Notes under the pieces: model-generated
The model's database searches: none
Seen by the model: only the letters and a program-made list of their open reading frames with translations
Told to the model about the DNA's origin: nothing
Source of the DNA: Dendrobates tinctorius
Lineage: Eukaryota
Assembly (NCBI RefSeq): GCF_039654945.1
Contig: NW_027361737.1
Coordinates: forward strand, 25,420,001-25,484,000
Length of the DNA: 64,000 nt
Direction: 5' to 3'
Made by a program: the position numbers and the translations under genes
Part shown: positions 37,467-49,123 of the stretch, piece by piece
How the letters are laid out: each line of letters begins with the position of its first letter
Numbering within the stretch: position 1 is the first letter of the stretch

Positions 37467-37958
37467 CTGTAATGAAGGCCTCCAGCATGAGTCCGAGCAA
37501 CATTTGCACAGCAAGAAGAGCGATGGCGCTTGGGCAATCTCCGCTTGGAAACATGGTGCCGTATCCAATGGTGAGCTGAGTCTCCAGCGAGAAAGAGAAG
37601 GCAGCAGTGAAGCTAGTGATATATTTCACACAAATGGTGTGATTCTCAGGTGGGGCATCATGGTCCAGGGCCAGATCGCCATTCATTTCAGCCAGAAGAT
37701 ACCAAAAAACAGCAAAAAGGAGCCAGTGTGCCAGGAAAGAAGCCGAAAAAGCCAACATCATCCAGCGCCAGCGCATGTCGAGCAGTAGCCCCCAAATGTC
37801 ACGCAGGTATGACAGTCCCTGCCCCTGGATCCTAGCAGCTTTTATGGTGCTGTGTCCATCTTTAGTTACAAGTCGATGAGAGCCAGCGTTGAGTAGGGTA
37901 CACCTAGGGGACCTGCTGTGAGAATCCTCCTCTCGATCTGTGCTGACCTGCAGCACCA
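37467..37958 (-). CDS. KCNJ13: KCNJ13 (Kir7.1) main transmembrane exon
   Basis: [10 protein letters not shown]1 helix, pore [13 protein letters not shown] with the Kir7.1-diagnostic Met after GYG, M2 helix. Acceptor ttgtttcag at 37959, donor gtcaga at 37466; 129-nt intron to the next exon. Confidence 0.97.
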
Positions 37959-38740
37959 CTGAAACAAAGAACAAGCCTACATCAAGTCCTGCTCATGAGC
38001 GTTCATTATATTTTTTACATAAATACAGTATTAAATGTTTCCCAGTAGTAGTAGTGAAAGTATTCTAAGTCCACTTATTTATTATAAATATAAAGACTAG
38101 CAGCACCGCAGAATGTCTATGCTGAGTTGTAGGGGAAAATTACAGACAAGTATTGTTGAAATTATGTGGCTGGTCTATGCTACCGGCAGCGTGACCACTG
38201 CAGCAATCACGTGCTGTACTGCTGCCATCATCGCCCAGAGATTGGAGCCAGGATGCCAGCGGTACGTCACATGACTGCTGGCTGGGGCAATGATTGGCTG
38301 CAGCGGTCGCAATGCTGTCCGCTTGTAAACAAAGACTAAGTGGATCCCAGGAGTAAGTATGCGGTATCACTTTTAGAGATAATAGATGAGATTTCTTGCT
38401 TTGTTTTTTTACAATACTGCTGTCTGTTTTGTAAAAAAAAAACAACAAAAAAATTGGAATATTGGATAGCACCATTTATTTTTTTAAATGTATTGATTTG
38501 ACAACTCTATAGAGAGGTAATAAAAAGTAAATAGTGCTACATGAGGAACACTGAGGCAAATGGTCTTACTCTTATATTACCTATTTACTCTTTCAATGTA
38601 TTAAAGGGACTTTCTCATGAAAGGCATGAGCTGGGAAAATGGGACCCCCTGTATGTGTAATCAGTGGGGGTTCCTTTATATAGGTGATAATGTCGTTCTT
38701 GGAAAAAACCCTTTTAGCATACATGAGTAGAATAAAGTAA

Positions 38741-39107
38741 AGGCCCCTTTACATTTAGCGATGCACCAGCGATCCCGACCGCGATATGACCCGGTCAGGA
38801 TCGCTAGTGCATCGCTAAATGGTCGCTAGTGAGCTGCCAAACAAGCAGATCTCACCAGCGATGCTCGGCGATCGATCTTACCTTTCAGAAGCGGCGAGGG
38901 TGTCCGTCTTCATCCTGCGTCCATGGCTCGCTCGTCGGCGCCATCAGGAAGCAGGCTGATCTCGCGCGATCAGCGATAGCCAGCGGGGGAGCCGGTCAGA
39001 GGGGAGTATCACATGTAGCGATATCGCTAGCAATATCGCTGCTGCGTCACAAAATCGGTGACGCTTTAGCGATATTGCTAGCGATATCGCTATGTGTAAA
39101 GCCCCCT
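38741..39107. mobile_element. Harbinger-type MITE
   Basis: Degenerate TIRs with TAA flanks; interior resembles 20301-20680. Confidence 0.75.
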
Positions 39108-39469
39108 TAAATCTATCCACAGTATTACATGATGGCTAAGTTATTAATCTCAGCTGACCTCTGGCTATGGCAGGGCAAGACTGCATTGTGTTCTCCCTGG
39201 ATTCTACTTTCCCCTTCATACCTGTACGGTTAGCAGTTGTGATGTGAATGGTTTTTAGGCTGTATTAAGACTGCGTTCTTTGTCCACCTTATGGTTAATG
39301 GAGGCCTACAGCCATGTTTGTCCTGTGCGCCCTGGTAGTTTTTTTCAGAGCTATCACATAAGACTAAGTTTGCTAGAGGAGTAATACTCTGCCAGAAGGC
39401 ACAAGGGTGCATATATAAGCATACAGCATGAATTCCTGTGATTTTATTATAAGTGGATCTGCAGGTGAT

Positions 39470-39675
39470 GCTTGCTTGGTTATATGGCCACGTCGGTCAC
39501 CAGGCCTGCTTGTTTATATGGCCACGTCGGTCACCAGGCCTGCTTGGTTAAATGGCCACGTCGGTCACCAGGCCTGCTTGGTTAAATGGCCACGTCAGTC
39601 ACCAGGCCTGCTTGGTTATATGGCCACGTCGGTCACCAGGCCTGCTTGGTTATATGGCCATGTCGGTCACCAGAC
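39470..39675. repeat. 34-bp minisatellite, ~6 copies
   Basis: Unit GCTTGGTTATATGGCCACGTCGGTCACCAGGCCT. Confidence 0.9.
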
Positions 39676-39974
39676 CTTACCCAGATGGACTTTTTCTTTT
39701 TGGTAGTTATCAAATTTAGGAATATTAATGGAAACCATGCACAGTTGATAACATAATTATAATTTGGCAATTCTTTTAACTATAGATCTATTTCTGCCCC
39801 CCCCCCGCAATATGTTGACACTATAGATAAGAGGAAATAATGATTTTTCCTAGGTCTGCTCTTACTACAGAGCACTGCGGACCCCCTGCTTTGCCAGGAT
39901 ACGTCAGTATGTGCACAGCTCGCCGACCACATCCCAGTCCTCGGATGACCAGGCTGACACTGTCACATACTCAC

Positions 39975-40100
39975 TTTTCAGATGCTCAGAAGCCGGATTC
40001 GCTGCGTGTCTCCCTGGTCACGGAGATGACTGCATCCAGAGTGAAGGAAAGTAAAGCGTATCCTGCGGCTTGTCAGCGATGGCACCTGCTGTCTGTGGCG
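39975..40100 (-). other. KCNJ13: Putative KCNJ13 5' exon supplying the A of the start codon (5' boundary unknown)
   Basis: Minus strand ...CATCTGAAAA|gtgagt donor at 39974; splicing to 37958 gives AAA A|TG GTG in frame, predicting 374 aa. Confidence 0.65.
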
Positions 40101-40866
40101 TCCTCCTCTGTGACCGACCTGAGCGAAATGAACAGGGTCATAGACGTGGAGTTCCCAACAAGTTGTTACTTCTGCGGCCTTGTGTATGGTGTGCAGTGTT
40201 CTCTTATCACGCTGTTTGTTCCCCCTTTATTGTCACCACCTCCCACCCCCTCCATCTCAAGGCACCTGAGCTGACTCTGGCTCTATTCCCTAAAGGCAAG
40301 CAGGGGCCTGTGCCTGTATAACCCCGGTGTTCTGAGTCGTTGCCAGATTCTGCAAGGGAGGGGGGGAGAAAGTGTTTCTGTTATGATTTCACGCTCTGGG
40401 GGTAAGCTGATTTTAGATGCACACATCATGATGTTCATGTGACCTGTCCTGCTGCGGGAAAATATCCCGGCTTTGTTCACGCTGGGATGCATTGGACGGC
40501 AGGTAGGATTCACCTGGACATGACGCCGACATTCCCGTCTTGCCATTTGCTCAGTGCACTGAGCCCAGTCCTTCTCTGTTTGCCTGTGGCACCGGCATTC
40601 TTGTCACAGTGTGACATTTGTTTTAACAGATCTGATGCTCTGACCCGCTGTGCGAGAGAGGAGGGCTTGTAACATTTGTGAACGCAAGCAAATCTCTGCG
40701 CCTTACATAACGATAGGGAAATCTTAGGTTAGTGCCCGGCATAATGTACATATCTATGTCGATTTTATTTTTGCCAGAAAACATTTTTATTTTTTGCCAC
40801 ATTACTTTCTCTTTCTCTTCACTGAGTTACCGTAATAGCGCTCTGAGTCATTAAGATGTGCCATAA

Positions 40867-40990
40867 GGTTAGAGCGCGTCTTGAGCCTAGAGCGCGGTGT
40901 ATGATTGGAGCGCGTCTTGAGCCTAGAGCGCGGTGTATGGTTAGAGCGCGTCGGGAGTCTAGAGTGCGGTGTATGGTTAGGGCGCATCGT
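40867..40990. repeat. 36-bp tandem repeat, ~3 copies
   Basis: Unit GTTAGAGCGCGTCTTGAGCCTAGAGCGCGGTGTATG. Confidence 0.85.
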
Positions 40991-43900
40991 GAGGTGTAAG
41001 TGCGTCGTAAAATTAGAGCACTTTTTTTTTTTTTTATTTACTTTTTGTGCAAGTGTTGTTTGTTTTTAATCGTCAAACTCCGAACTCAAATACTTAGGGG
41101 TTAATCAGAATGTTTCAAAAGATTTAGCCGGTGTTTTCAGCTTCAATGACTGGGCTTGTACACAAGCTCAATTCATTGGGGGAACCATCACATGGTCAGT
41201 ATGTGTTGGCTATCCGTGCTGGCTGAGTGAGGGGCACATGGGCGCTTCACACACACACACACACTGGCACTACTGTTACTGGCGCTTGCTTTAGGCCCTG
41301 CGCGAGTTGACTTGTGCCACCGAGCCCTGTCAGACAGCTTCTCATATGATAGGAATTACAGGAAACTAGTGTATGGATTTCCAGTGTATAGCACTTCTTG
41401 CCTCATGAAGAAGCGGTTTGTGAGAAGTATGGCTCTGCGATATCTTGGACTTTAAACATCAGTCAAGGGTACGTACCTGTTGGGTTCCGGGGAGGAGGAA
41501 ATCCACTGATTTAGTTTTCTTTTGAGAAATCCGTCAGGTAAGTGTTCTTGGTCAATTCAGTTTCCTTATCCAGATTGTATCATGCAAATCTTGTTTAATA
41601 TAAATTCTTGGGATTTGCCACATGAATGAAGTTCCAGTTTTAGGGGTAGTCTAGTCTCAAAAAGCTCCTTGTGGGTGCACTTGTGTCCTAGCTGCCACCT
41701 TCGCAGTGGTTCCTGGTCTCCGTGACTTGGTGTTCCCGTCCAGTGACGTGCTCTTTCTCAGTCTATGGGGGGAGCTCTTGCTGGGTCTGGAGTCATAACC
41801 CACATTCCTGCAGTTATAAATCAGGAGGCTGGCCGGTTTGGGTATGACATCTGATTGGCCATTACATGATTAGGGTTATGCCATGATGGGAGTGGTACGG
41901 AGCAGATCTGCCCCTCCAGTGATTAGTTATGCACAGTAGGTGCACTTTATTAACAGTCTCATTACTGCCTGCTTGGTAAAGGTGTTAATGGAGCAATGAT
42001 TTCAGATATGTCGAGGCAAAGTGGGTTTTTTACATTTTTGCACATGTAATTAGGGGGAAGGGTGTTCTCCTTGGCAGCGTTGTATAGAGATGCTTCATGA
42101 AGGGATTTATGAACAGTACAGTGGAAATAGGTGCACTTCTATTCAGCTTTTACAAGGTTTTATGGAAGCACTTTTTTTTTTTTTTTTTTCAAATTTAACC
42201 TTTAATTTTACTTTTATCCTAGTTTCTGACAGTCTTATGAAAGCTTAGTGAGACGCATGTGAACTATAGTATTATACAAGGTTGGGACAGAAGAGGTTGT
42301 GACTCATTCATTACTCCATAGGGTTCGTGGTTGAGAGCCAAAACATACATTTATTTTGCTGATCCTTTTTTTTTTTGCCCCCCCCCCCCTCTGTATTTTT
42401 TCTCCTGTAGTGGACAATGTGTATAATAGCAGTATATCCTATAAGGACTGGGGGTCCGTCAGGAAAGGGAGCTAGCACGTCTTCTGTGCACTTCAGAGGG
42501 AGTGGGTGCATGTTTTCCACTGGACTTCGCTCGCCTCTGTCTCGATAAGCCGATTGAAATAAACAGAGCCCTATTGTTCCTGGAGGTGCAAAGCCGTCTT
42601 CAGGCCTGCGGTGCTGAATATTAAAGTAATGACCCAAATCCCACTCCCCTCAGGGCTCCTGTTCTACCGTCCTGCCCAAAGTTTGGACCTCCTGCGGTTA
42701 GTGGCACGTCAGTGCATGCCCATACCAAACTGCAGAAGGAGAAGCGACGCAAGTATCTCAGACCTGGTCCCTGGATGCCGAATTGTCAGTTCTTTAACCC
42801 TTTAAATGACACTTTTTCCACTTCATAGTGCCAATTCATGTTCCTTATTTCAAGAACTTTTTTTTTTTCCTTTCGTTCTTATTCAATGGAAGCGATCTGT
42901 CTCCAGATTTCATAGTCCCTCCCCGTTGAGTGTATAATTTACCGTACCACATGATCTCTCCTGCTGCCAATTCTTCGGATCCCCACCCCCTATACCGAAA
43001 AGTTATCACTGTGTAATGGAGGGAGGCTGCATAGGAAGGATACAGAATTTTTGTACTTACAAATATCATGAATCTATGAGGCAGAAAGGCATTACTGACA
43101 TAACGGAGGCATTATTTATCCAGCTTCTATTAAAAATCATGAAGTTGTGATTTTTTTTCTGCGTTAAAAATAACATTTCAGCACACTTTTAAATATTTTC
43201 GTGTCTGACACAAATTTAGTGGTTTCTATTAATGGTTGGGTAGCTATAGAAAAAAAATTGAAATATTGTATATAGGATGACCTCTTTATGGATCCTATCC
43301 TCTTCTGGTATTAGTGATTTAAAGGGGATTGTCTAAAGCTACAGACTTGTGAATCCTCACGTTGGGAGAATTCTCAGGCGCCAGGAGTGGTGGTCATGTG
43401 ACCGCAAGTATGTAATATGTTTACTCCCGGCCACCTTCTGACTAGACTGGTGCATTAAGTGTATGGAGTAAGGCTGGAAACAGACTAGTTGGAATGTGAC
43501 TGGGAGTGTTGGCATCAGAAAATCCTCACAGCGTGCAATGCGTGCGATTTGAGGATTCACAAGCCGGCTGTCTTTACCAAGGGAACAGTGCTCACAAGGT
43601 AATAATGCAAAGCAGCTTAAATCGTCCCAAGAGAATCCCGAGAGCCCCGTCCTCTTGTAGAGACCATAAAAGTTAGCGCCGAATGAAAAGGTTCAAGTCT
43701 CTGGAATAAAATCACTAGCCACTTTTGAACTGGTGTCAGGACCTCCTTAAAGGGTTTTTTGGGGACTTTTTGATAGATGGATATATAGATATTAATGGCG
43801 CTATATATTTGAGTAAAATAAATAAAATAGTGCTTTGGTCGAGATGGAGAACTTAACGATCCTCTGCCACCCTAACTTGTTTCCCTGCCCAATATCGGCC

Positions 43901-45675
43901 ATTTTATCTTGATTGATATCTCATGGTCTATCTGACATCAGGAGCTAGACAAGCAAATCGGACCATGAGTGATCACGTTGGAGAGGTTAGTGCTGGGCTA
44001 TGGAGGCACTGGCTCCTTAAATGCTCAGAGCACTTACCACCTAATTTGTATATGAATTAAAATGCCAATTAAGGAATGCAGCGACAGATAAAAGATATCA
44101 AGGTGTTAATGTTTTTGTGTTTCAAAGACCTGCATGCCTTATATGCGAATTGGGGGGGGGGGGGGGTCGTACTGACAGATTCCCATTAACTATTTCCCAG
44201 TTAATTAACTTGCTAATCCACACTAATCTCATGTGCGAGTGTCCCAATACTTTGGTTTTTGAAGATAATAAAAATCATGATCACCTTTGTCCTGTTGGCA
44301 CAAATAGCTATCATAAATGGATCGTGGGTGTGATGCGTTATGGTATTTAACCCCAACTTGTCCTTGCTCCGTAATTCAATCTATTGTTCTGATTATATCG
44401 GAGACCCTTCAATTACTCCAGTATTTTTTTCTCTTGTGTGTGCCAAGCAATGAACAGGTGAGTAGGTCTGCCATAAACAATGTCCAGACTGAGTTCCTGA
44501 CCCTGTGTTCTCCCCTCCTGCCGACCACTTCACACAGCTACCCGACACACTCCTAGTCTTTTTTTTTTTTTTTTTTTTTCCATAAACAGCACTTTTGGCT
44601 CTTGATCAAAAATAATCCACTAATGAGTGCTGGGTGCAATCCAACGATTTTACTCCTGTTCTTACCGGATCTTGAAGCTTTGGTCTGAAAGTAGGCTAAA
44701 AAGAAAGAATGAATGGTGAAAAATTGGCCGTAATGTAGAGGAATGGTAAGACTGGGTTGTACTTTGGAAGAATAAAACTTTTCTAGATAATTGCTATTTA
44801 TTTTCAGTAAGAGTTTCCTTGTTCGAGCAGGATTTAACCTCATTTTACAGTAAAATTTCTCTTGCAAGCCTTTCTTAAAAGGGGCCTCCAGCAACGAAGT
44901 TTTAGCTAGATTATGGCCCACTGAAAATCTTTTCAAAGGAACCTGTCGCATTGTATATGACGTCCGCTCTGTGGGCAGCACGGTGTTGAGTGAAATCTTT
45001 CGCAAAACAATTGATCTCTTGGCAAATCATTTTTCAAGCAAGGATTAGCCATGTTTGTTCTTTGCTTTGGAGCCTGATGAATGAGTACTCTTATTAGGTG
45101 TTTGCTTTACTTACAAGCATTGTGACATATGTTTTCTGTAAGCTGCACCGAATGGATTGACAGATTGATGCACACGAGCAGCAGTATTTAGCATCCTCCA
45201 CAATACATAATGTCATCAGAATTTTGTAGTCTTTATACGTTACTGGTAACCAAGCAGTGAGCAACGTGCTCTGGGACGCGCAGGTCCACACGTGGAGCCA
45301 CTTTGTGGGCCTATCCTGATCTCTCCTTGGCTACGTGGTAAATATATTTATACGTCTGACCATAGACTTGCCATGAATTTTTCTGCATGCATGTCCGTAT
45401 TCCACTGGGGGAAAAAAAAAATCTGCATGCATTTCCGTATTCCACTGGGGGGAAAAAAAAAAATCTGCATGCATGTCCATTTTTTCTCCTAAATTCATAC
45501 AGAAAGTCCACAGAAAGTTGAGTTCTTGCAGAATGGAATAGTGTGGCGTATGGTGCATTCAATGTCATGGTACACATATTGCCCTTCCAAAAATTCTCTC
45601 TTGGCTCCATCCAGCATTACATGATCATCTTTGGAATGCCTATAGATCAAGTGAGATTGGAGTAAAAGACCCTAA

Positions 45676-46299
45676 GGGTGTGTGCACACGTTGCGGATTC
45701 TGCTGCGGATTTTTCCGTGCGGATTTGTCAAAATCCGCAGGTCAAAAGACCTGCGGATTAGGCTGCAGTTTCCCCCTGCGGTTTGACACCTGTACAATGT
45801 AACAGATGGCAAACCGCTGCGGAATCCGCACAAAGAAGTGACATGCTGTGGTTTTGAAACCGCAGCAAATCTGCGCGGAAAATTCTGCATCGTCTGCACT
45901 GTGGATTTCATTTTCCATAGGCTAAAAGGGTACTGTACAACGCAGCAGAAACTGCTGCGGACGCGCAGGGCCAAAACCGCTGCGGATCCGCAGCAGAATC
46001 CGCAACGTGTGCACACACCCTAAGGGTGTGTGCACACGTTGCGGATTTTTCCGCGCGGATTTAGTACAGATTTCCCTTGTTTTTTTACTCCTGCGGACTT
46101 CTATAATGGAGCAGGTGTAGAAACGCTGCAGATTCTGCACAAAGAATTGACATACTGCAGAAAATTAACCGAAGCAAATCTGCACGGAATTTTCCGCAGC
46201 ATGTGCACAGCGTTTATTTTCGATTGGTTAAAATGGTACTGTACTCCACAACAGAATCTAATGCGGATCCGCACCAGAATCCGCAACCTGTGCACATAC
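45676..46299. mobile_element. Two abutting Harbinger MITEs sharing a TAA
   Basis: TAA|GGGTGTGTGCACACG...CGTGTGCACACACCC|TAA|GGGTGTGTGCACACG... Confidence 0.8.
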
Positions 46300-47593
46300 T
46301 AAGAGATCACAATCTAAAAAGCCAGATTGTTTTATTTTCTGTGTAGGAGTAACTGCATTTAAAATGCATTTCATTGTCCATCCGTGCCTTCTTTACCCTT
46401 CCTTTTTTGTATGCTATTACTCTGTGATCAGCTGCATGTGCTGAAACCTTCGTCCGCAGTGATGCCCATTGATGGCAAAAGATTGAAACGCAAATGTGCG
46501 CCCGATTGGCCATAACAGTGGGTAGAGTTTTCTGCAAAGTGTCACTTCTATTATATGGATGGACATCTTTAAGTGCTCATACGCAGGTACAATAGGATAG
46601 ATGATGCGATAAAGAGTAACTAAACGTTCTTATTTTTTTATTTTTTTTTTATAATATTGACCTGCATGGAATCTTATGAAATGTTGCAAATCACTTTCTT
46701 AGGGGATTTGTCTTAAATTTCGTATAAAAATAGCTTCTAAGAGGATTTTAAATTCCTTCTTTTCCCCACTCTTTCTGGCTGCCTTTAGCTGCATTGATAT
46801 CAGAATGTACTCATTTGGAGTACAGATGATGGCAGTGATGGGTCAGCACCTACCTCCGCCTCCTCCTCTGGGTACAGGGCTTATCAGAACACTCTCCTGC
46901 AGCTGCTTATGCCCAGAGTTAGTGGGAGACAGGTGCTGAGCTAACCCATCACTGCCAGCATCTGTACTCCAAATGAATATGTTCAGATATTACTGTAACT
47001 GAAGGCAGGCAAATAGATTTTGAAAAACACCTGTGGGACCCCCATCAATCTCACAATGAAGAAGCTTCATTGCTGGTTTACCTTTAACTTAAATGATCCC
47101 ATCCAAATTATATCCCAGCAATATGGAAAAAAAATCTGAACAACACAATCCTTCTGGAGCTGGGTGGAAAAAAACCCAGCACTACAAGTGTCAGGAGTTG
47201 GATTCATATGAATGTGCAAGGCTTACAGGCCCACAATGTATGGTCATGTTGCCTGGTGTGCTTATGTGGCCAGACAAACAAGCTTGCTCTTGGCTTTAGG
47301 AGTGTTATGATTTTTCTAATGCATGGTGTCCGAGTCAGTTGAGTATAGTAGGAGATGGAATCCTGACTGGTCTCGGGCCACTGGTCTTCCGATGGTGAAC
47401 CAGGAATGATGCATTCTGGTGGGTCTGCTGGCAATCTAAAGTCTATGGGAGGCTCTAACTTTTGTGTTTGATGTGGATGAGATGTTGCTCAGATATACGA
47501 GTGCTGCTTGGCTGCGGCTTCCTGATCTTGGAAGACGAGCGAGCACACCTGCAGGTGATAGTGTGAGACTAATTCTCTTATAATCGCCTCCAG

Positions 47594-47779
47594 TTCGGCC
47601 TGCATTTGAAGAGGGCGGCACAGTACCTGCTGGGAGAAAGCTTGAGTTTATCCGCTCGGAGAGTGGGAACTGGCGGAGCCTGAGAGAGGAGGTAAATGGT
47701 GAGGAAGAGGAAGGAGGAGGTGTTTGGAGAACTGCAGCACCCAGAAGAGATGGGGAAAGATGGCGGTCTCATAGTCCAG
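47594..47779 (+). CDS. GIGYF2: GIGYF2 coding exon (RPAFEEGG...EFIRSESGNWRSLREE...RRDGERWRSHSP)
   Basis: cctccag acceptor and gtgagc donor; 186 nt, phase 1-1; matches the GIGYF2 segment RPNFEEGG..RSESENWR..DGERWRPHSP as recalled. Confidence 0.93.
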
Positions 47780-49123
47780 GTGAGCACTGTATACAAATAT
47801 ATAAGCAACAAGTGACTGATCAATACTTTCCATAGGTGTCTGATCTGTCAGCGGTGGGTGTTCTGCAATAATGTGCCAATCAGTTTTTAATGTAGGGGTC
47901 CATGTTACATAAGGACATAATGGAGCAATAAGCAAACTGCTGTTTAGTGCTGACCATGAGATCTGGGTTTCATCAGACCATATGCACACTGCTGTTGGTG
48001 CAGTTTTTTGTGTATTTGTATTACAAGAGCTTCCTTAAGGGCATCTGGATATCTTTGTGGCTTGTTGCTCAGGTCATATTTTTTTTTACTGTCCTGCTGC
48101 CAGTTATAATGCAGTCTGTTCTGACATTCTGTAAAATATTCCAAATACCTTGATTCATCCATTCGTAATTACCATTAGAGGGGTTGTCTCATCTTAATAA
48201 ATGCATAAAGTCCTGGTAAGAACAAGCAGCTCTTGTTTGAGATCCTCTGTTTCTCCAAAACAGAGATTTTTCATTCTATAGTTTACAGTGTGTGGCCTAG
48301 GTTACCGTCCACTTCTGCAGTCTATCAGAGGTGGTTGGTTTCCTAAGCAAGGAGTGCTTCTTGCATGCTCTCTGCTTTAGAGCTTACATGTGCTGCTCTT
48401 ACATCCTCTGATGATACAGAACCAGAGCTGCCTCTACTAACAGCATGATCGTTTGTAATCATTGGAGCAGTGATTCCTCTGGACCAAACTGTCAATCTAT
48501 AGGAGCTCAGTATCCCCCAGGAAGAGGAGTGGCGTGTTCATGAATAAAGATTAAAGAGCCTCATTATTAAAGCACTCCCATTGATATTTTTCAGTTTAGT
48601 GTGAGTGTATTAATATACTTACCTACTGCTACTCTCCCCAGGATCCAGCGTCGTTCTGCTCCTCTTCTCAGTGGCATCACCTCTCTTCAAACTCTCTGGT
48701 TCACATTGTGCTCTGCATGACCCAGAAATGGCTTTTACAATGTAAGTTTATGTGGTGTCAGAACGAGCCTCCATTGGCTTAGAGTGTAAAAGAGACTTCT
48801 GATTTGCCCATCGAGTGAGCCACCTAGTCTGATAAGCAGTGACCTCCCAAGAAGAGGAGCAGAATGGCGCAGGACAATGGAGAGAGTGGAGGTAGGTGAA
48901 TATATTACCGTAATACAATCACACTGCACACATTTTAATGTAAAAAAAAATATGGGAGAGCTTGTTTAACCTTGAAATGCTTCTTACTACATTTTCATTA
49001 CGACGGCCCCTGTCCTGTCTCCTTCTATTGGACGAAGTAGAGTCACAGCAAATTCTGGCTTTTAGCCCGGCAGACTCTGCCCATCCATTTATTACATATA
49101 TTTAGATGGATGGTATCTAATAA

